Assembly: GCF_009914755.1 (NCBI RefSeq)
Contig: NC_060935.1
Reading direction: 5' to 3' (one strand)
From: the human T2T-CHM13v2.0 reference genome, Homo sapiens
Length of the DNA: 64,000 nucleotides
Shown here one piece after another: positions 56,537 through 64,000 of this stretch (its first letter is position 1; every line of letters starts with the position of its first letter). A program made the translations under genes and the position numbers. A model generated the notes under the pieces. The model was not told where the DNA came from, searched no databases, and was given only the letters and a program-made list of their open reading frames with translations.

Positions 56537-58458
56537 TCATCTATGTGCCTGTTTTTGTACAAGTGCCATGTTGTTTTGGTAACTGTAGCCTTGTAGTATA
56601 GGCTGCAGTCAGGTAGTATGATGCCTCCAGCTTTGTTCTTTTTGTTTAGAATTGTTTGGATACACAGGCTCTTTTTTTGGTTCCATAAGAATTTTAAAAT
56701 AGTTTTTTCTAATTCTGTGAAGAATGTCAATGGTAGTTTTATGGGAATGACACTGAATTTCTAAATTACTTAGGGCAGTATGGTCATTTTCATGATATTG
56801 ATTCTTCCTATCCATGAGCATGAAATATTTTTCCATTTGTTTGTGTCCTCTCTGATTTCCTTGAACAGTGGTTTGCAGTTCTCCTTGAAGCAGTCCTTTG
56901 CTTGCCTTATTAACTGTATTCCTATGTATTTTATTCTCTTTGTAGCAATTGTGAATGGGAGTTCATTAATACTTTGGCTCTTTGCTTGTCTGGTGTTGGT
57001 GTATAGGAATGTTTGTGACTTTTGCACATTGATTTTATATCCTGAGACTTTGCTGAAGTTGCTTATCAATTTAAGAAAATTTGGGGCTGAGATGATGGGG
57101 TTTTCTAGAGAACTCAGAAATAAGATGATACATGTACAACCATCTGATCTTCAACAAACCTGAGGAAAAAAAACAAACAATGGAGAAAGAATTTCCTATT
57201 TAATAAGTGGTGCTGGGAGAACTGGCTAGCCATATGTAGAAAATTGAAACTGGACCACTTCCTTACACCTCATACGAAAATTAACTCAAGATGGATTAAA
57301 AAATGAAATATAAAACCCAAAAAGTACAAAAACCTAAGGAAAAAATCTAGGCAAAACCATTCAGGACATAGGCACTGGAAAAGATTTCATGATGAAAATT
57401 CCAAAAGCAATTGCAACCAAAGCAAAAATTGACAAATGGGATCTAATTAAACAAAAGAGATTCTGTACAGCAAGAGGAACTATTATCAGAGTGAACAGGC
57501 AACTGACAGAATGGGAGAAAAATTTTGCAACCTATCAATCTGACAAAGGTCTACTATCCAGAGTCTACAAGGAACTTAAACAAATGTACAAAGAAAAAAC
57601 AGACAACCCTATTAAAAAGTGGGTAAAGCACATGAACAGACACTTCTCAAAAGAAGACATTTATGTAGCCAAGAAACATATGAAAAAAGCTCAGCATCAC
57701 TGATTATTAGAGAAATGCAAATCAAAACCACCATGAGATACCATCTCATGACAGTCAGAATGGTGATTATTAAAAAGTCAAGAAAAAAACAGATGATGGA
57801 GAGGCTGCAGAGAGATAGGAATGCTTTTACACTATTGGCTGGAATGTAAATTACATCAACCATTGTGGAAGACAGTGTGGTGATTCCTCAAAGACCTAGA
57901 AGCAGAAATTCCATTTGACCCTGCAATCCCATTACTGGGTATATACTCAAAGGAATATAAATCATTCTATTATAAAGATACATGCATGTGTATTTTCATC
58001 ACAGCACTATTCACAATAGCAAAGACACGGAATCAACTCAAATGCCCATCAATGATAGACTGCATAAAGAAAATGTGGTACATATATATTATGGCATACT
58101 ATGCAGCCACATAAAGGAATGAGATCATATCATTTGCAGGAAAATGGGTGGAGCTAGAATCCATTATCCTCAGCAAACTAATGCAGGATCAGAAAATCAA
58201 ATGCCTCATGTTCTCACTCAAAGGCGGGAACTGAACAATGAGATCACATGGACATAGGGAGGGAAACAACACACAGTGGGGTCTGTTGGGGGTTGTGGGG
58301 AGGGAGAGCATCAGGAAAAATAGCTAATGTATGCTGGGCTTAATTCTTAGGTGATGGGTCATTAGGTACAGCAAACCACCATGGCACACGTTTACCTATG
58401 TAACAAACCTGCATATCCTGCACATGTACTCTGAACTTAAAATAAAATAATGCTTAAA
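56537..58458 (+). mobile_element. L1PA11-13-like, 5'-truncated with 5' inversion (56537-57109 inverted, 57106-58458 sense)
   Basis: Minus-strand ORF2 peptides ([22 protein letters not shown]) then plus-strand ORF2 and 3'UTR. TSD AAAATGAAGT at 56527-56536 and 58459-58468. Confidence 0.92.
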
Positions 58459-59164
58459 AAAATGAAGTCAAAGAGAGAGGGCTCAGAACTAAGAGTTCAG
58501 TTTTGAGCACGACATGTTAAATTTGAAATATCCACTAGATATTCATAGGAAGATACCATGTAGGCATTTGAAATTCTGGGAGGTCAGAATTAGAGATAGT
58601 GTTTGGGAATATTAGCTTAGTTATTAGATGATATTTAAGTTGTAGGTCTTGATTAATTCATCTATGAAGACTCAACTGAAAGAGAAGGTAAAGGGACACA
58701 GGATAGAATATCAAGGCTCCCCAACATTTAGAGTTGAAGCCTAGGACACAGAGAAAAAATGCAGACAATGAAGAGGAAGAACCAGCAATAGATACTAAAA
58801 AAGGGTGGCAAGATGGTTGAAACAAATTGTTCACAGGAGTATAAGGGACTCCTTGAAATAAACTGATACACTTAGGGAAGTTACAAAAGGAAGTCTTTAT
58901 GTAGATATCTCATCACTGAAATGATTTTGCTCTAGGATAACTGTTGAATCCCTAATTTAAGAACAAAAATGAGGGCGAATCCTGGAGTGTGCTTGCTAGC
59001 CTGCAATGTTCATGTCAATCTGTTTAATATTGTGGTTTCTTAACATTAATATAAGTTAACAGATCATTTAGTATGTAGAAGCATTATGCTAAGTGCTTCT
59101 TAATAAACAGACACTATTTTTATTCTCTCAACTAGTCTAAAGAAAGTATTAATATATTAAAAGT

Positions 59165-59600
59165 AAACATGGATATAGGGCTTACTATGAGTCCAGCCGT
59201 GTTCTAAGCACTTTACGAAAATTAACACATGTAATCCTCACAATAATACTATAATATAGGAACTGTTCCTGTTACAATCCTCATTTTACAGATAAGGAAA
59301 CTGAGGCAGTGAGAAATTGAGTAGATTTTCCAAGTTCAGCTAGTAAGAAGTAGACCCAGGTTTTGAACTCAACAATCTGACTCCATTCTGTGCTATTCAC
59401 CACTAAAAGTCATTGCTTCTCTACAGTACTCTGCTGTAGGCATTTTATAAATGCTATAAAGAACTACACTAAGCCAATTTACAGATGAGGAAACTAAGCC
59501 TTGAAAAGGTTGGGTTATTTCACCAAGATCATTTCGCTAGTGAGTGGCAGATCTGAGTTTTGAACTTAGATCTCTCAAACACCAGTGCCCTCACTCTTGA
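59165..59600 (-). mobile_element. Tandem MIR copies
   Basis: CATTTTACAGATAAGGAAACTGAGGC and TTTACAGATGAGGAAACTAAG MIR cores. Confidence 0.8.
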
Positions 59601-59744
59601 ATATTAATAACAAGTACCATACTATGCAAGATATAGGGAGAGAAACCAAAGTTACAAGAGAAAAAAAATGTCCTGGCCATCCTTCTGTAAGTTAATGTCA
59701 GAAGCAAACACAGAACTCAGATGAGGGCTCTAGCAAAAAGAGCA

Positions 59745-60112
59745 TCTCTTAGTCCATTTTGTGTTGCTATCACAAAATACCTGAGACTGGGTAATTTATA
59801 AAGAACAGAAATTTATTTTCACAGTATTGGTGGCTGGGAAACCTGAGATCACGGCTCTTGCTATCTTGTAATCATCAGATAACAAGAATATCTGATGAGG
59901 ATCTTCTTGTTACATTCCCACATGGCAGAAGGCAGAAGGGCGGGAGATAGTGAACCCACTTCGACAGGCCCTTTTTATAGCAGCATTAATCCATTCATGA
60001 GGACAAAGCCCTCATGACCACAAACACCTCCCCAAAACCCCCATCTCCCAACATTGTTGCATGGGGGATTAAGTTTCCAACACATGAATTTTGGGGAACA
60101 CATTTACTAGCA
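59745..60112 (-). mobile_element. MSTC/MSTD MaLR LTR
   Basis: CTTAGTCCATTTTGTGTTGCTAT..CATTAATCCATTCATGAGG..GGGGATTAAGTTTCCAACACATGAATTTTGGGG. Confidence 0.85.
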
Positions 60113-61199
60113 GAAAGCATGGCATTAATCTTAAAAGCAAATCCCAATTTCCCTTCATTTACTCTGTAAACAAAGCTCCAGCATGGTACTAAGTTTTCAG
60201 TCCACAGGTATGCACACCCCACTCTTCCCTCACAATTCCTGCTTCCTACCACAAAGGAGCTACCTGGAGTCAGGTGTTTGCTTTCAAGGAATCCATCTCA
60301 TTCTTGGAATGGGCCACTCTCCATCCCTTTACCCTTAGTGACTTTTGTTTTTGGACAATTCGCCCCTGTAATAAAATATCCACCTTTCATGCCACTTCTT
60401 AGAAGATTGTTATGTGCTCAATAAATATCTCTTAAGTAAATAAATGAATGTCAGAGTTGTTGTATAGATCAAATTAGATAATGCCTACAAAGTACTTAGT
60501 TCTGTACCTGAAACATAGTGACTACTTGATAAATAGCAACTGCTGTGTTATTATTCTTATTGTCATTCACATTACTTTTGTTGTTGTTACTGACATTTGT
60601 TAAAGGAGGGAAAAAGTAGATACATAGCACAGCCCCAAATATACTCCTAGTTACTACAAATAATTCATAGAGGAAAAAAAAGGAAGGTTGTTTTTCTTCT
60701 GCCTAGTAAGGTGGCAAGTAGGGAGCTCAGAGAAGACTACAGCTCAGTATGGCACAACTTCTTCTCAGCATCTCCTAAGTATGAATTATGTTAATTATCA
60801 GGTTTATGTTGGTTTTTCTATATGTAAATAAATTGAGGAAAAACAAAGATTTACTTCAAATAATAGTAACATTGTGATTTTGTTTATTTCAATTACATAG
60901 TTATAAAATCACTATTTTATTTACTATAGGTGATTGTATTATATGTAAGAAAACTGAGATAAGCAAAAATTTAAAATGTTTTAATATTATTTTTGGAAAT
61001 ATACATAAATAATATTGTTTTTATATATGTATGTAAAAGCATTTTTTAGTGTTACTAAACTATTATTCAAATCTTTTATAGAAGAAATACATATATATTT
61101 CTATCTATATATAGATATATTTTTATCTACATATAGTTACACTTCTATCTTTATATAGATATATTTATTTCTAAATGTGGATATGTTTGTTTCTGTATG

Positions 61200-61711
61200 T
61201 ATGTGTATACAGAGTGAGAGGAGAGAGATATGCATACATGTTTGATAGAAAAATTCTGAAAGGAGATACATATATGTATTTAAAGGGATATCTATATATC
61301 CCTTTAAATTTATTTGTTTGTTTATTTATTTATTTATTTATTTATTCTACCACAAAAACAAATGCACGAACAGATGGAAAACCCTCTGATTTCTTTCTTA
61401 TAACTTGCTAGGGTAAAATCTACATTTAATTTGAAAATCCTTTACTTTTATCATACTACCTTTCTCTTGTATCTTAATTGAGCAAGTAACAGAAAAATAA
61501 CAAAATTCCGTGATATCACTGACCACATAAAATACTAATGACTAAAAAATAGGAGAAAGTTTTCCTGTCAATAGAGCTAACTTGCTATAACTTATAGATA
61601 GACAGACAGATAGATAGATAGATATCCCTTTAAATACATATATATCTCCTTTCAGGATTTTCCTGTCAAATATATATGCATATGTATCTCCTCCCACTCT
61701 GTGAACACATA
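61200..61711. repeat. Imperfect inverted repeat, ~100-bp arms (61200-61300 and 61613-61711)
   Basis: Hand alignment gives 11 substitutions and one 2-nt gap. The ORF track shows the same peptide FDRKILKGD on both strands. Confidence 0.9.
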
Positions 61712-61720
61712 ACACACACA

Positions 61721-61751
<31 letters not shown>

Positions 61752-61759
61752 GCGCGCAT
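61712..61759. repeat. (AC)n(CG)10 alternating purine-pyrimidine tract
   Basis: 48 nt of uninterrupted alternation, with (CG)10 at 61737-61756. Confidence 0.97.
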
Positions 61760-61879
61760 CCATATTTTCTATTTTTAGCGTTACCCCTGTAACTCAAGGT
61801 TAGCTTGAGGTTTTTGTGGTTCTTAATAACTCTGTGTAGGTAGATAGGTCCTTGGGCCTACTTGCCATCTGGCAAGCAT

Positions 61880-62381
61880 CTGTTCTAGGCTAAAAAGTAG
61901 CAAGGCCTCCAAAATACTGCAAATGGCCATTTACTTTTCTCTGATCACGCCCTACCCTTTTCTCATTCTCAGTGAACTTTTTGGGTGGGGCACTACTCCT
62001 GTTCCTAGATGAGGAATGTACCACAGTCTGAGCCAATCAGCAAAAGGCATTTCCTTGCCACTGTGATTTGTTCATGAATTGTGCACATATGACCCACTTT
62101 GGTCCAATAAGTGCATCTCAGGACATGGCAGGAGCTCCCTTTTTGTGTCAGACCTGAGACCACCATATGGCGCCTGCAAGTGAAAGCAGTACAGAAGCAA
62201 AGTTTACTGAGAGACGATAAAAATTCCAATAATTGATGGTAATTTTTGAGTCCCTGCATCTGCATCTGAGTAAGTTTCACTCTGACCTCTTTAATTACAT
62301 AAGCAATAAATTCCTGTTATTAATTTATCTGGTTTAAGCAAAGTTTTGCTTATGTACAATAGAAATAATTTTAAAATAACA
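61880..62381 (+). mobile_element. MLT1J-type MaLR LTR
   Basis: TGAGCCAATCAG..CATATGACCCA..GGTCCAAT..TTACATAAGCAATAAATTCC. Confidence 0.6.
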
Positions 62382-63343
62382 AGTACAAATCATAGAAGCC
62401 AAACTTGAGTTTTGGTGCCAAAGCGCTTCTGCTTGAAAAGAAATTCCTTTTTGGTATAAATCAAATGGGCACAGGGAGTCAGCGTACTCGGACTTAGGCC
62501 AGCCAAGAACACATGGCCCATTAGAACAAATGATCCCATCTGTTTCCTGTGGGAAAGGCTTTTCTTTCTGTATGTTTCAAATACTCTCTGCATTCAGGGT
62601 CTTTAAATGCCAACCGTTGTTCTAGTTCCTCAAACTCAACAAGCAAATAGAAACTATAAAATTTTGATGAACATCAATCAGAGAAGAAAATCTTACAACC
62701 AGATTATAAAAGTTCCCTCATAAGATAGTTGCATTTGGAAGAGAGATTTGTGTGGTTCAATATACCAAAAACTTATTTCCTCACCTGTTCTCATCAAGCT
62801 TAATGAATATCTTACACAAAAAAACAATCCCTTTTGTTACTGCATTCTATGTCTTGGCAAGCTTCAGACTTAACAGGTCCATTAAAATGGTACCTTCCAC
62901 ACAGAGTGCAACAATAATCTCTGGGCATCATTGTCATCCAGGCTTTCCCAAATGAAAAGACAAACTCTGTATCACATAAAGTCATCAGTAAACCATCTTC
63001 GGAAATTAGAGCAAAGAGAAGAATAATGTATTCAGATATATTCAAGAGGCACACAAAACAAATACACACACTGTTTTACAGTATTTACATTTTGAAGGGA
63101 ACACCTTATATCTATTTTAAAAGCTTGTTGTGTTCTGTAATCTCCCCAGCCTTTCACATTCATAGCAATTTATCTGCACCTTTCTTGTGGTATTTATTAC
63201 TTGCTACTTTTATTATCGTTAAATATCTATAAGTCTTATCTTTTCTACAAGAATTTGGTTTATCCTCATCTCTCAGGCATAGTATAGCACAGTGGCTTGT
63301 AGATACAGAACTTCTGCAAATAAACGTTTAAGTATTTTTTTAA

Positions 63344-63832
63344 TTAATGAATTTATTTATTTATTTATTTATTTATTTATTATTATTATACTTTAAGTTT
63401 TAGGGTACATGTGCATAATGTGCAGGTTAGTTACATATGTATACATGTGCCATGCTGGTGCGCTGCACACACTAACTCATCATCTAGCATTAGGTATATC
63501 TCCCAATGCTATCCCTCCCCCCTCCCCCCACCCCACAACAGTCCCCAGAGTGTGATGTTCCCCTTCCTGTGTCCATGTGTTCTCATTGTTCAATTCCCAC
63601 CTATGAGTGAGAATATGCGGTGTTTGGTTTTTTGTTCTTGCGATAGTTTACTGAGAATGATGATTTCCAATTTCATCCATGTCCCTACAAAGGACATGAA
63701 CTCATCATTTTTTATGGCTGCATAGTATTCCATTGTGTATATGTGCCACATTTTCTTAATCCAGTCTATCATTGTTGGACATCTGGGTTGGTTCCAAGTC
63801 TTTGCTATTGTGAATAATGCCGCAATAAACAT
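63344..63832 (-). mobile_element. L1PA2/3-like 5'-truncated 3' end (~490 bp)
   Basis: TACTTTAAGTTTTAGGGTACATGTGC..GCTGGTGCGCTGCAC..CATCTAGCATTAGG. GAG (non-Ta) diagnostic, (TTTA)n tail, near-TSD AAGTAT..TTTTTAA. Confidence 0.92.
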
Positions 63833-64000
63833 AAGTATGATTTTTAACAGCAGGGCAAACCTGGATGGAGACAGAAAGCTTTTTTACTTAAAGGAGATTG
63901 GGTTAAAAGAAAGTTGTAAGAGTTGAAAATTATTGTATTATAGCTCAAACTTCAGTGAAGAAATTTATTCTTCATGTAAACCCAATTATTCATTTGTACA

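Larger units (their letters stand above)
55470..58830 (-). mobile_element. L2 element, host of MER20 and the inverted L1
   Basis: TTTATTGAATG..TATGTGCC..ACTGTTCTAGGCACTGGGGATA, resuming AGAGTTCAGTTTTG..CATGTTAAATTTGA after the L1. Confidence 0.7.

Noticed and set aside
59995-60017. CATGAGG...CCTCATG inverted repeat
   Set aside because: Part of the normal MST consensus, not a new event.
61175-61763. Two similar peptides on opposite strands as a gene pair
   Set aside because: By-product of the inverted duplication; low complexity and frameshifted relative to each other.

Overview
Hominoid primate (most likely human) AT-rich, CpG-poor intergenic or deep-intronic DNA. I find no host protein-coding exon, tRNA, rRNA, snRNA or CRISPR array, and every long ORF is a LINE-1 or Alu remnant. 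The first 13 kb is an L1 nest. An old antisense L1 (L1PA15-17/L1PB grade) carrying two Alus is joined by a deletion to a MER44/Tigger7 remnant, into which a full-length but ORF-disrupted L1PA4-like element inserted. The rest is a mosaic of L2, MIR, CR1/L3, MaLR/ERVL/ERV1 LTRs, hAT MITEs, further Alus, a twin-primed L1PA11-13 and a short L1PA2/3-like 3' end. Five observations stand out. (i) Very ancient, typically conserved repeats cluster at 35.5-40.7 kb (two MER121-like copies and a MER135-like copy), suggesting an exapted enhancer neighbourhood. (ii) A TSD-flanked, polyadenylated retrocopy of a non-coding transcript end lies at 24.1-24.5 kb. (iii) Several templated-insertion or template-switch scars are present, including an exact 28-nt copy of a THE1D segment placed 1.15 kb away in a MIR and a perfect 19-bp hairpin in a MER5. 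(iv) An unexplained inverted duplication with ~100-bp arms sits at 61.2-61.7 kb. (v) A (CA)13(CG)10 Z-DNA tract abuts that duplication. I see no convincing new multi-gene system. Repeat subfamily names come from recalled consensus sequences and need RepeatMasker/Dfam confirmation; boundaries of old elements are approximate.
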